Source: an uncultured Spirochaetota bacterium
Lineage (GTDB): Bacteria > Spirochaetota > Brevinematia > Brevinematales > JAOACQ01
Reading direction: 5' to 3'
DNA length: 64,000 nt
NCBI GenBank assembly: GCA_963783575.1
Contig: CAWAOD010000009.1
Location: forward strand, 256,001 to 320,000
Positions 30,455 through 40,163 of this stretch are shown here, one piece after another. Both the position numbers and the translations under genes were made by a program. Under the pieces are notes generated by a model. That model was not told the origin of the DNA. It saw only the letters and a list, made by a program, of their open reading frames with translations, and made no database searches. How positions within the stretch are numbered: position 1 is the stretch's first letter; every line of letters begins with the position of its first letter.

Positions 30455-31096
30455 TTAGTTGCTTACAAATGGAGCGGCTCCAATCAAACTTTTATCTTCG
30501 ATTTGTTGAATTAAGAAATCCGCCAAATCTCCGCCTGTAATTTTTTTTCCTTTGCAACCAGTTTTATCAGTATTGATTTTATGAATACTCTCCTCAACAA
30601 GAAGAAACGGTATTCGAACTAATGTCCATTCCGCCCGGGATTGCGACAGCAATTTGTAAGAATTTTGTTTATCCGCAATGATATTTCGGAACATTAGCTT
30701 CATAAGTATTGAGAGAATTTTTACCCCGAATGTCTTCTTATCGCCCGGTACATCAATTGTCAGCCCTGTTACTGCTATGTAACGCTTGATGCCGAATTCA
30801 TTCATAGCCAATAAAATTGATTGCGTTACCTGGGTATGGAGAGGAATTTCACCTTTCGAGGTACCAATAGTATTGATTACGCAAGTACAACCCTGCAATA
30901 ATTCCCTGATGGAATCGGGATTTCTTGCATCGCCTTTTACAATATCGATACACGGGCTGTTTACCAAGAACTTCCCGGGACTTCTGAGCAGCAGTTTGGT
31001 TTTATAACCATTTTCAATACAATGCCTGACCAGGAAAGCGCCTGCTTTTCCTGAGCCGCCGATTACGGCAATCCTTTTGATTTTATTATCATTCAT
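30455..31096 (-). CDS. NAD(P)H-binding oxidoreductase (biliverdin reductase B-like atypical SDR)
   Basis: IAVIGGSGKAG, RSPGK, KGDAR, WTLVR, DLADF. Confidence 0.88.
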   Translation of the reverse strand: MNDNKIKRIAVIGGSGKAGAFLVRHCIENGYKTKLLLRSPGKFLVNSPCIDIVKGDARNPDSIRELLQGCTCVINTIGTSKGEIPLHTQVTQSILLAMNEFGIKRYIAVTGLTIDVPGDKKTFGVKILSILMKLMFRNIIADKQNSYKLLSQSRAEWTLVRIPFLLVEESIHKINTDKTGCKGKKITGGDLADFLIQQIEDKSLIGAAPFVSN

Positions 31097-31184
31097 TTTA
31101 AGCTCCTGTAAAAAATTTTGGAAAGTATGTTTAAATGGAGCCTAAACTTAGAAATATACCTTTAACAATAATTAATTATTGGAA

Positions 31185-31229
31185 TTAACCTAAATTCAGG
31201 CTCCAATAATACCAATTTCTTCTTAACAT
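31185..31229 (-). promoter_or_regulatory. Putative leader peptide MLRRNWYYWSLNLG overlapping an attenuator-like hairpin
   Basis: AGGAGG at 31236-31241, ATG at 31229, TAA at 31185; 16-bp stem 31136-31151 / 31190-31205. Confidence 0.6.
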
Positions 31230-31443
31230 TACAAACCTCCTTATTATTTATCTCCAGCGTCGTCAAGATAAATTATAACATAAATCGTAATTTGAGTCCA
31301 CAGGCAAAGATGGTAGAGATTTGAAATTACAGGGCAGGAACTTTATTCAACAAAAATGAGGTTTCGATCTTTTTTGACTAAAATCAAATGTTTGAATAAA
31401 ATATTCTACGGTCATCCGCGGCGTTCGATTCAGGAGCAAAAAC

Positions 31444-32352
31444 ATGCCGGTAATATCAGCTTCAAATGAATATAATCACCGTGTTCACAGGGTATTGGAT
31501 TATATCGAAAGCCATATCTCGGAGCCGCTAGATCTTCAAACGCTTTCCGACCAGGCTTTCTTCTCGCCTTTTCATTTCCATCGCATCTTTACCGCTTTTA
31601 TCGGTGAAACACCGGACGGCTATATCCGCCGTCTCCGGCTTGAAAAAGCAGCGAATATGCTTCAAAACAAGAAAAATCTTTCCGTTACGGATATCGCAAT
31701 GAAATGCGGATTTTCTTCACCTTCGCTTTTCAGTAGGAATTTTAAAAAGCATTTCGGCGTTACACCCGCCGGATGGAAGATGAGCAAGAATAGTCAAGCG
31801 AATAGCAATAATGAGCATGATTTTCCTTCAAGTTCTCATTATACTCATGATGAAGAACAGAAAGGGAAGTATTTAACAGGGATTACGGTAAAATATATAC
31901 CGGCATTTCATGTTATATATGTAAGGCATATCCGGGGATATAATGATGGGATTCCGAAGGCATTTGCAAAGCTTTACCGCTGGGCGGAACCAAGGGAACT
32001 GATACATAAAGATTCAAAATTTATAGGCATTTACCTAGACAATCCCAATGTGACGCCGCCGGAAAAATGCCGGTCCTATGCCTGCATATCAGTGGATAAG
32101 GATGTTGAAACATCAGGGGAAATAGGCAAACTGGAAATACCTGGCGGAAAATATTTTATTGCTTCTTTCGAAGGAAAAACTTCAGAGATCTATCAATTTT
32201 ATACTGAAATTTATAACTGCCATCTTCCGTCGAAAGGATACGAACCCTGGGATTTTCCGGATTTAATGGTTTACAACACAAAGCCTGGCGAGTTCCGTGA
32301 AAACGGATTGATAAAATTTGACACCTATATTCTGGTAAAACCAATTGTCTGA
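31444..32352 (+). CDS. AraC-family regulator with GyrI-like effector domain
   Basis: FSPFHFHRIF..GET..RLRLEKAA..CGFSS..FSRNFKKHFGVTP; GyrI-like DNPNVTPPEKCRSYAC. Confidence 0.93.
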   Translation: MPVISASNEYNHRVHRVLDYIESHISEPLDLQTLSDQAFFSPFHFHRIFTAFIGETPDGYIRRLRLEKAANMLQNKKNLSVTDIAMKCGFSSPSLFSRNFKKHFGVTPAGWKMSKNSQANSNNEHDFPSSSHYTHDEEQKGKYLTGITVKYIPAFHVIYVRHIRGYNDGIPKAFAKLYRWAEPRELIHKDSKFIGIYLDNPNVTPPEKCRSYACISVDKDVETSGEIGKLEIPGGKYFIASFEGKTSEIYQFYTEIYNCHLPSKGYEPWDFPDLMVYNTKPGEFRENGLIKFDTYILVKPIV

Positions 32353-32406
32353 AATCCTCTCTCATCTGTTCTTCACCGGCTTTTTGTTTTATAATTGGAG
32401 GAACAA

Positions 32407-33960
32407 ATGAAAGCAGAAGAATTATCGAAAAGACAGCATATTTTAACTATGCTCGGAGTGATGCTCGGGGTACTGTTGAGCGCGCTGGACAGTACCATTG
32501 TCGGCACATCCATGCCGAAAATCATAAAAGACCTTCGTGGAATGGAATACTACGCGTGGCCATTCACGGCATATATGCTTATCTCAACCATTTCAATCCC
32601 TATTTTCGGTAAACTTGCGAATCTATTCGGGCAAAAGAAGATTTATATAACCGGGCTTGTTGTGTTTATGGCCGCTTCAATGCTTTGCGGACTTTCTAAA
32701 AATATGGTATTCCTTATTGTATTTCGAGGCCTGCAGGGACTTGGCGGCGGAATTCTTGTCGCTAATGCTTTTGGCATTGTAGCAGAAATTTATACTTTAC
32801 AGGAAAGGGGCAAATATATGGGAATATTGGGATCCATGTTCGGGATCTCGAGTATAATCGGCCCGGGAATAGGCGGGTTTATAACGGATTCCCTGGGCTG
32901 GCATTGGATATTTTATGTAAATATGCCGGTAGGATTATTTTCCATATTAGCGATTATTTCGGGGCTTCCTGGGGCGGTTGAGCATACCGAAAAACGCCCG
33001 GTAGACTGGCCGGGAATCATCACGCTTACGGCTGGGCTGGCGCCGCTTTTACTGGCACTTTCATGGGGGGGAAGCCAATATTCATGGGTTTCGTTAAATA
33101 TAATAGGCCTGTTCATTACCTCTATTCTGTTTATCAGCCTGTTTGTCGTTGCAGAAAAAAGGGCCAGGGAACCGATATTCCCTCTCTTTCTATTCGAAAA
33201 ACCGGTTTTTACACTGACTTCGCTTGCGGCCTTTTTTTCGAACGGGGCATTTTTCTGCGGCATACTCTTTCTCCCGTTGTATTTGCAGGAAGTGCGGGGT
33301 GCGTCAGCCTCGGCCTCAGGACTGGCAATTATGCCGATGACCCTCGCGTTTGTTATTGGGAGTGTTGCCGGCGGTCAGATAGTTTCCGGAATGGGGAAAT
33401 ATAAAATTTTATCCCTAGCAGGACTCTTAATTTCGGCACTTGGTTTGGTAATTCTGGCATACCTGCCGGAAAAGCCCGGATTTTGGATAATTTCAGGTTC
33501 AATGATTATAATGGGGCTTGGGCTTGGAATAAATATACCTATTTTTAATATCGCAGTTCAAAACTCCTTTTCACCCAAATATATTGGGCTTTTAACCTCA
33601 GCCGTCCAGTTTTTCAGAAATGTCGGCGGAGCGGCGGGGGCGGCAATCCTTGGAACGCTTCTCGCTATCGGCATAACCGCGGGGACGCAAAAAATGGATT
33701 GGGGGAAAATTCCTGTTGAAAGACGGGCACAGATTTCAAGCACTCATTTTTTTACAAACCCGATGCTTGTAAAAGAGGTTCGTGAAAATCTTCCGGAAAT
33801 CGCAAAACCTGAATTCGACTCAGTCATACAAAGACTGATAGGCATACTCGGCAGTTCTGTTAAGCGTAATTTTCTTGCCGGGGCTTTTTTCTGCATTGCC
33901 GCTTTTATTCTAGTATTGTTTACAAAAGAGATGCCGTTCCAAACGAAACGGAATGGATGA
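32407..33960 (+). CDS. MFS drug/H+ antiporter, DHA2 (EmrB/QacA) family
   Basis: LSALDSTIVGTSMP, FRGLQGLGGG, WHWIFYVNMPVG; about 14 TMs; ATG at 32407 after GGAGG. Confidence 0.92.
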   Translation: MKAEELSKRQHILTMLGVMLGVLLSALDSTIVGTSMPKIIKDLRGMEYYAWPFTAYMLISTISIPIFGKLANLFGQKKIYITGLVVFMAASMLCGLSKNMVFLIVFRGLQGLGGGILVANAFGIVAEIYTLQERGKYMGILGSMFGISSIIGPGIGGFITDSLGWHWIFYVNMPVGLFSILAIISGLPGAVEHTEKRPVDWPGIITLTAGLAPLLLALSWGGSQYSWVSLNIIGLFITSILFISLFVVAEKRAREPIFPLFLFEKPVFTLTSLAAFFSNGAFFCGILFLPLYLQEVRGASASASGLAIMPMTLAFVIGSVAGGQIVSGMGKYKILSLAGLLISALGLVILAYLPEKPGFWIISGSMIIMGLGLGINIPIFNIAVQNSFSPKYIGLLTSAVQFFRNVGGAAGAAILGTLLAIGITAGTQKMDWGKIPVERRAQISSTHFFTNPMLVKEVRENLPEIAKPEFDSVIQRLIGILGSSVKRNFLAGAFFCIAAFILVLFTKEMPFQTKRNG

Positions 33961-34216
33961 GTTAACTGAAAACCGCTACGATACAGGGAATGATGGGGGA
34001 TTGTTCACAAAATTGACTCCTCGATACATTCGCCTTCGATAAAGCCGGTCAACCCGCTCGACAATTGCGTATCAGGTTTGTTTTCAAAATATTGGAATTG
34101 ACTATTTGGCCTTCAAGAGATATAATATTTTGAGGTTGAGATATTTTTTCGTACGGGATAGCCAGAAAATTTTAAATGTATTTCATAAAATAGAAATAAA
34201 TGCGGAGGAATAAATA

Positions 34217-35050
34217 ATGAATGGTAAATCAATTGTTATTACCGGGGGAAATACCGGGATAGGCAAGGCCATAGCCATTGAATTATCAAAGCAAAAATTC
34301 CATGTAATAATAGTCAGCCGGAATTTGGAAAAAGGAAAATCAGCTTTAGAAGAGATTAAAAATATATCAAATAATTCTATGGTTGATTTAATTACGGGTG
34401 ATTTAAGCAATATTCAATCAACCAAAGATTTGGCAAATAATATTTTACAAGATTACCCGGGAATTTCTGTTCTCATCAATAATGCCGGGATATGGCCGAC
34501 TAAACTGGAAATTAATAAAGACGGCCTGGAGATTGCATTTATGGTCAATCATCTTGCCCCGCTTATTTTAAGCAATATGCTGTTTGATCAATTGAAAAAG
34601 AACAAACCCGCCCGGATTGTTAATGTTAACGCGGGTTTATATATAAGAGGAAAAATCGATATTGAAAAAACACCGTATGGAAAAGATTTCGGTATGCTCT
34701 CGACTTATATGAATACCAAATTATGCAATATATTTTTTACTCAAAAATTTTCCGAACTAATACAAAATAGCGGCGTTACCGTCAATGCGATTCACCCGGG
34801 AGTCATCCGTACAAATTTAGGCATCAGCGACGGTTTTTTAGGCGGTATTATAAAGATACTTAAGAAAAATCTGGATTTGCCTGAAACAGGCGCAAAACCA
34901 CCTGTCTGGCTTGCCACCAGCCCGGATGTGGAAAACAAAAACGGCAGGTATTTTGATTTATTTTCTGAAAAACCGTATGCGAAAAATGCAACAAATGAAG
35001 AAATGAAAAATAAACTGTGGGATTTAAGCATAAAACTTGCTTCATTATAA
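34217..35050 (+). CDS. Short-chain dehydrogenase (retinol dehydrogenase-like)
   Basis: TGGNTGIG, INNAG, VNHL, YMNTK (YxxxK), HPGVIRT. Confidence 0.92.
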   Translation: MNGKSIVITGGNTGIGKAIAIELSKQKFHVIIVSRNLEKGKSALEEIKNISNNSMVDLITGDLSNIQSTKDLANNILQDYPGISVLINNAGIWPTKLEINKDGLEIAFMVNHLAPLILSNMLFDQLKKNKPARIVNVNAGLYIRGKIDIEKTPYGKDFGMLSTYMNTKLCNIFFTQKFSELIQNSGVTVNAIHPGVIRTNLGISDGFLGGIIKILKKNLDLPETGAKPPVWLATSPDVENKNGRYFDLFSEKPYAKNATNEEMKNKLWDLSIKLASL

Positions 35051-35374
35051 CGGAAGCATTTGTTTAATATAACCAGTTAACCCAGGGAACAGGATGTTCC
35101 ATGATAGCCACTCATTATTAAAGAGATTGCCGAGCGTTAGCTCAGCAGCGACACGACGTCGCAGGGAACAGAGCCTGTCCTGAACAATAGCGAAAGGGAT
35201 GTTCCATAAGAACTGCACAATTAGAAATTAATAATGCCGAACGCCAGTTTGGCAACAACACGATGCCACAGGGAACAGGATGTTCCATGACAGCCACTCA
35301 TTATTAAAGAGATTGCCGAGCGTTAGCTCAGCAGCGACACGACGTCGAAGGGAACAGAGCCTGCCCTGAGCCTG

Positions 35375-37065
35375 CAGACTGTGTGAAAACACAGTAAATA
35401 TGCTATAATTATTAGAACAAAAATAATCGGAGTAAAAGATGAAGCATATTGAGGGAGAATCAAGGGATCAGATAGTTCTGTTCAATGAAACACTGGAAGA
35501 TCTGTTAGGAGAAGAAGATCCGGTAAGGTTTATAGATATTTTTGTTGATAAGCTAAATATGAAAGGAGTTGGTTTTAAAGTAAAAGAAGCATCAACCGGC
35601 AGAAGTTCATATAAATCCGAAATACTTTTAAAAATCTATATTTACGGATATTTGAATAAAATCAGGACAAGCAGGAAATTAGAGAGAGAGTGCCGAAGAA
35701 ACACAGAGTTGATGTGGCTGACTGGACGACTAGCGCCGGATTTCAAGACGATTGCCGACTTCAGGAAAGATAATAAGAAGGGAATACAGTCGATATTCAG
35801 AGAATTTTTGAAGATATGTCATAAAGCCGGGCTTTTATCATTTGACGTTGTTGGAATTGATGGAACCAAGATCAGTGCGCAAAACCACAATAACAATGTT
35901 TATCATAGGAAAAACATAGAAGAAATCATACATAGAATAGATCAAAAGATCGAAGAATATTTGAATGAGATGGATAAGAACGATAAGGAAGAAAAGAATG
36001 AATTTGAATTTCTTTCCGGAAAGATAGCGGAACGTTTAAAGAAAATGAAAACAAAAAAGGATAAAGTTGAGGCTATTAAAAAGATTTTTGAGGGAAATCC
36101 TGAAATGGAGAAATATTATTCAAATGACCCGGAAAGCCGGTTTATGAATGATAAAGGGAAATCCGACATTGCATATAATCTGCAGATGGCAGTAGATGAT
36201 GCGAATAAACTGATTGTGGCGATTGATGTGACGAATGAAAACAATGATATCAAACAGATGGCAGGAATGTGTGACCGAGTAGAAGAAATAAAGGACGAGC
36301 TTAAGGTAGAGACTGAAACGGTCAAAGTATCGGATGCCGGTTATTACAGCGAACCGCAGATACTGGAATGTATAGATAAGGGACATAACGTATATATGCC
36401 GAATCCGGATGACGGACATAAGGCAAGGATTCGAGGCAAAGAAGATAATAAAGGAGTACCTGCTGAAGAATACCAGGTTGATAAATTCAAATATGATCCG
36501 GGACAAGATGTTTATTATTGTCCGGAGGGAAACCCATTAGTGAGAAATGGGAAAAAAGTAGAGAAGGTCAATGGAGGAAAAGAGATAGTCAGGTACAAGT
36601 GCGGCTTATGCAGCCAATGTGAAGTAAGAAATAAGTGTACTGAAAGCGTGGAAGGACGAAGTATCAAAGTACCAGTTAGAAAAGAAGAAATTGAGAACTT
36701 CAAGAGGAAAATTCGTTCTGAAGCCGGGAAAAAGATCATAGAGAAAAGGAAAGAGATATGTGAACATCCATTTGGATCGATAAAAAGGAATATGGGTTAC
36801 AGTTATTTTTTAATGAAGGGAAAGGATGGCGTTCTGACGGAATCCAGTTTGGCAGGATTCATTCATAATTTAATAAAAGTATTGAATATATTGGGAATAA
36901 AGAGACTTATGACTCTGGTTTGATGCTAATAAACCATCGTTTATCGTATTCGGATAGATTTTTTAAACTAAGATTTTTTTAGCTTGAAAAATATATCAAA
37001 AAATGGAGTTTTTGTATAATTAATCGATTTTACTATAAAATTTTACTGAGTTTTCACACAGTCTG
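35375..37065 (+). mobile_element. IS1182-family insertion sequence, copy 2 (1691 bp)
   Basis: Same terminal IRs and length as copy 1. Confidence 0.95.
35439..36923 (+). CDS. IS1182-family transposase
   Basis: Identical to 3562..5046 except SDAGY versus SDVGY. Confidence 0.95.
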   Translation: MKHIEGESRDQIVLFNETLEDLLGEEDPVRFIDIFVDKLNMKGVGFKVKEASTGRSSYKSEILLKIYIYGYLNKIRTSRKLERECRRNTELMWLTGRLAPDFKTIADFRKDNKKGIQSIFREFLKICHKAGLLSFDVVGIDGTKISAQNHNNNVYHRKNIEEIIHRIDQKIEEYLNEMDKNDKEEKNEFEFLSGKIAERLKKMKTKKDKVEAIKKIFEGNPEMEKYYSNDPESRFMNDKGKSDIAYNLQMAVDDANKLIVAIDVTNENNDIKQMAGMCDRVEEIKDELKVETETVKVSDAGYYSEPQILECIDKGHNVYMPNPDDGHKARIRGKEDNKGVPAEEYQVDKFKYDPGQDVYYCPEGNPLVRNGKKVEKVNGGKEIVRYKCGLCSQCEVRNKCTESVEGRSIKVPVRKEEIENFKRKIRSEAGKKIIEKRKEICEHPFGSIKRNMGYSYFLMKGKDGVLTESSLAGFIHNLIKVLNILGIKRLMTLV

Positions 37066-37199
37066 TTAACGAAGGGATGTTCCATGATAGCCACTCTTAA
37101 TCGAAGAGATTGCCGAACGCTAGTTCGGCAGCGACATGATGTCGCAGGGAGTTAATAACGAAAAATCAACAAAAATATCAGTCAAATGAAAAAGTAAAC

Positions 37200-38126
37200 A
37201 TGCACCCGCGTAATTTGCACCGTTTCGGTTATGATTTTCAAGCTCTTGTTGAGTCCAGTCCCGCATTGGCGGCCTTTGTCCATGTTAACCGTTTTGGGAA
37301 AGAAACTGTCGATTATTCCGACCCCGGGGCGGTCAAAGCCCTCAATGGAGCACTTTTAAAGCATTATTACGGCATCGTTTGGTGGGATATACCCGAAGGG
37401 TATCTATGCCCGTCTATTCCCGGCCGGGCGGATTATATACATACCATTGCCGACCTGCTTGCGGCGGATAGTAAAATCCCCACCGGAGCCCGGGTTTCTG
37501 TCCTGGATATCGGCGTCGGGTCGAATTGCGTTTATCCCATTATCGGCCGGCATGAATACGGCTGGAATTTTGTAGGGACGGATATTAATCCGCGTTTTCT
37601 GGAGTCAGCTGGAAAAATTGTCCGGGCTAATGCTTTACTTACCGGGATGGTAGAATTACGTCTTCAAAAAGATGCTCATTCCATTTTTCGGGGAGTTGTA
37701 AAAACGGGCGATTTCTTTGATCTGACCGTTTGTAACCCGCCATTTCATTCTTCTGAAGAAGAGGCGGGTAAAAGTACGTCCCGTAAACAGAGGAACCTGG
37801 CCTGTAAAAAGAATCCTGCATTAGTACTGAACTTTGGCGGCGGATATTCAGAACTCTGGTGTGACGGCGGCGAAAAGGCTTTTATTAATCAGATGGTAAA
37901 GGAAAGCGCTGAATTCGGCGGACACTGCCTCTGGTTTACAACCCTGGTATCTAAAAAGGACAATCTTACAGGAATATTGAAAGCATTAAAAAACTCAAAA
38001 GCCATGGATATAAGGGTTTTTGATCTGGCACAGGGACAGAAAGTGAGCCGGGTCGCGGCATGGACATTTTTAATACCGGGGGAGCAGGCTGAGTGGGTTA
38101 GAAGGAAGCGGTTATGCAGATATTAG
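37200..38126 (+). CDS. rlmF: 23S rRNA m6A1618 methyltransferase RlmF
   Basis: MHPRNLH, LCPSIPGRADY, LDIGVGSNCVYP, CNPPFH, NFGG..ELWCDGGE, WFTTLVSK. Confidence 0.95.
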   Translation: MHPRNLHRFGYDFQALVESSPALAAFVHVNRFGKETVDYSDPGAVKALNGALLKHYYGIVWWDIPEGYLCPSIPGRADYIHTIADLLAADSKIPTGARVSVLDIGVGSNCVYPIIGRHEYGWNFVGTDINPRFLESAGKIVRANALLTGMVELRLQKDAHSIFRGVVKTGDFFDLTVCNPPFHSSEEEAGKSTSRKQRNLACKKNPALVLNFGGGYSELWCDGGEKAFINQMVKESAEFGGHCLWFTTLVSKKDNLTGILKALKNSKAMDIRVFDLAQGQKVSRVAAWTFLIPGEQAEWVRRKRLCRY

Positions 38127-38566
38127 TAGACGCGGACGCGAACCCGAGAATGATACAGGAAACCCTGTATAGGGCGGCTGACCGTTTAAATCTGCCGCTA
38201 TATCTGGTTACCAACCTGCCGCTGAAAAAACCTGATTCCCCTAATGTTTCTATCATTTCCGTCAATATGGACCCGGACGCTGCCGATAACAAAATAATTG
38301 AATTGACGCAGCCCGGCGACCTTGTTATTACTTCCGATATTCCCCTCGCCGACCGGGTAATTGAAAAAGGGGGGATTGTGATTACACCCAGAGGTGAACT
38401 CTTAACAATAAACAATATCAAACAGAAACTGTCTCTTCGCGATCTTTTATATGAATTAAGAAACAGCGAAGTTCATACCGGCGGCCCGCCCGTGTTCAAA
38501 CCAAAGGACGGCCATGCATTCGCGAACCGGCTGGATAGATTTCTTAACTCATACAGGAAAAGTTGA
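38114..38566 (+). CDS. YaiI/YqxD (UPF0178) family protein
   Basis: ILVDADA.P, DAADNKI, GDLVITSDIPLA, GGP. Confidence 0.92.
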   Translation: MQILVDADANPRMIQETLYRAADRLNLPLYLVTNLPLKKPDSPNVSIISVNMDPDAADNKIIELTQPGDLVITSDIPLADRVIEKGGIVITPRGELLTINNIKQKLSLRDLLYELRNSEVHTGGPPVFKPKDGHAFANRLDRFLNSYRKS

Positions 38567-38580
38567 ATAAATGATTATCT

Positions 38581-39009
38581 TCATTCCACATCCTTTATAA
38601 ATGAAATGATTCTGTCCCTAATTTCATCCCTGACTTTTCTTGTCTTATCAAGTTTTTCCTGATAGCTTCCGGTAAAGGACGCCGGGTCTTCGAATTCCCA
38701 ATGGAGCCTTTTTGTGATCCCCGGAAATATAGGGCATCTTTCACCATTTGCGCCGTCACAAACCGTTATGACATAGCTGTATAAATTTCCATTTTTATAA
38801 AAGTCAAAAACGCTTTTGGTTTTATTTCCTGAAATATCTATTCCTTCATCCTTCATGGCATCTATAGCAAGCTGGTTAAGACTTCCCGGTTCAAGTCCGG
38901 CGCTTTCAGCGTAATATCTATCACCGCCCAGACGGTTCAAAAGAGCTTCGGCCATCTGGCTTCGCGCAGAATTATGGACACAGACGAAAAGGACTTTTAT
39001 TTTATCCAT
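38581..39009 (-). CDS. arsC: Arsenate reductase, thioredoxin-coupled LMW-PTPase type
   Basis: [13 protein letters not shown]-loop; TVCD..ERCP resolving cysteines; HWEFEDP. Confidence 0.92.
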   Translation of the reverse strand: MDKIKVLFVCVHNSARSQMAEALLNRLGGDRYYAESAGLEPGSLNQLAIDAMKDEGIDISGNKTKSVFDFYKNGNLYSYVITVCDGANGERCPIFPGITKRLHWEFEDPASFTGSYQEKLDKTRKVRDEIRDRIISFIKDVE

Positions 39010-39121
39010 ATTGACCCCCTGTTTTAAAGTAATAATTAAAACTAATAATATTAATTATAATCAAAAATTGTTAGAAATTCATTAATTTTCCCATAATTTT
39101 TGTAATTTGATAAATATCTTA

Positions 39122-39277
39122 CAAGGATACGGATATACCTGTACGAAAGTATTCGATTTGAGTGCCGAGAATCTTTTTTAGCCTAAGGAACTGTTTTTGT
39201 CCGGTACAATGGCAGGTATAATTTTTATATCGTGGGTCTTTTGGAATGTATTAAACAGAACAGAGGAAAAATTGTAA
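39122..39277 (+). pseudogene. Possible decayed aminotransferase class IV fragment
   Basis: Frame reads ..DLSAENLF*PKELFLSGTMAGII.., resembling the E-x-F-x-(T/S)-G-T motif; internal stop. Confidence 0.25.
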
Positions 39278-39445
39278 TTGATGGCTATCAAAATTGCAAC
39301 CAATTCTCGAATAAATATGATTTTGAACCGGTTGATGAATCTGATCCCGTCAAATTAAAAGAAAAATTCTTTAAAGGTAATGATGTTTATAAAATCAACG
39401 GCGCTCATTGTATTATTACCTCAAGGAAAAAATAATTATTGCCCA

Positions 39446-40122
39446 TCAATTTTTCTGTTTATTTGCAGTCTTCAGTTTCTCAATCAAATCCAGCGCGCGC
39501 TGTCTTGCTTCCATTTCCTTATCGCTTAAAGGTCCAATCCATGGTTCTTTAATATTCCAGGTTAAATTGGTATCAATTAAGGGTTCTTCAAAAGCTCCGG
39601 GATCAAATAATTGATAATCCATAAAACTTACTGGTGTTTCCTGATATGAAGACCATATCGCCTTTTTAATCAATAGTCCGTCTTTAAACTGAAGATTGAT
39701 CAGCTTGACCTGCCGCCTGAATCTTTCAATATATTCGACAGGCAGGTTGTATAAATATGCATGCAGAGCATTCGTTCCTTTAATTTTTTTCCTATCGTCA
39801 ATGCCGTGCTCAAACAAAGCGATCAATGCCTCACCCGTTAAATGCCCTGCAGATTCAGGCCCTGCAAGTATTAAATACCTGATATTCGGATTGCCGATTA
39901 TATTGCATATCATTTTTTCAAAACCGATATTCGGGGTTTGAACTGTACCTGATAAAGCGGCCCCTGATTCAATACCAAGCTTTACAATATTATGAATATC
40001 ATCCGGGATTTTGTCTTCATCAGTGTTTAAAATCACAGCTAAAGCAACCGGCGAATAATCATTGCCGCGCATGTATCTTCCGGCCTCCGAGGGGTATGAG
40101 GGATTAGGTTCAACTTTAACAT
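39446..40122 (-). CDS. MtrA-like (tetrahydromethanopterin S-methyltransferase subunit A-like) corrinoid protein, soluble; 1-nt frameshift at codon 3
   Basis: GNDYSPVA, GTVQTPNIGFEKMICNIIGNPNIRYLILAGPESAGHLTG, IERFRRQV, PGAF match the MtrA pattern; ATG at 40122 gives MLKVEPNPSYP.. with one added A. Confidence 0.85.
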
Positions 40123-40163
40123 TTTATTTTCCTAAAATTATTAGATTCAATAATATTATTAAC

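Larger units (their letters stand above)
35083..37150. repeat. Tandem array of about four 79-bp triple-hairpin units, interrupted by small palindromic inserts and the IS
   Basis: Units start at 35083, 35162, 35269 and 35348; unit 4 resumes after the IS (37066) and ends at 37144. Confidence 0.9.

Noticed and set aside
30277..30540. 87-aa ORF
   Set aside because: It is a translation of palindromic repeat DNA and overlaps a real gene on the opposite strand
34013..34070. Degenerate ctcgataca..ccttcga..ctcga palindromic remnant
   Set aside because: Too decayed to assign to the repeat families above
35083..37150. CRISPR array interpretation of the tandem repeat
   Set aside because: The variable segments are mostly near-identical to each other, the conserved part is ~54 bp with several hairpins, and no cas genes are present
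39232..39435. 67-aa plus-strand ORF between arsC and the MtrA-like gene
   Set aside because: No RBS or motif; probably part of a decayed remnant
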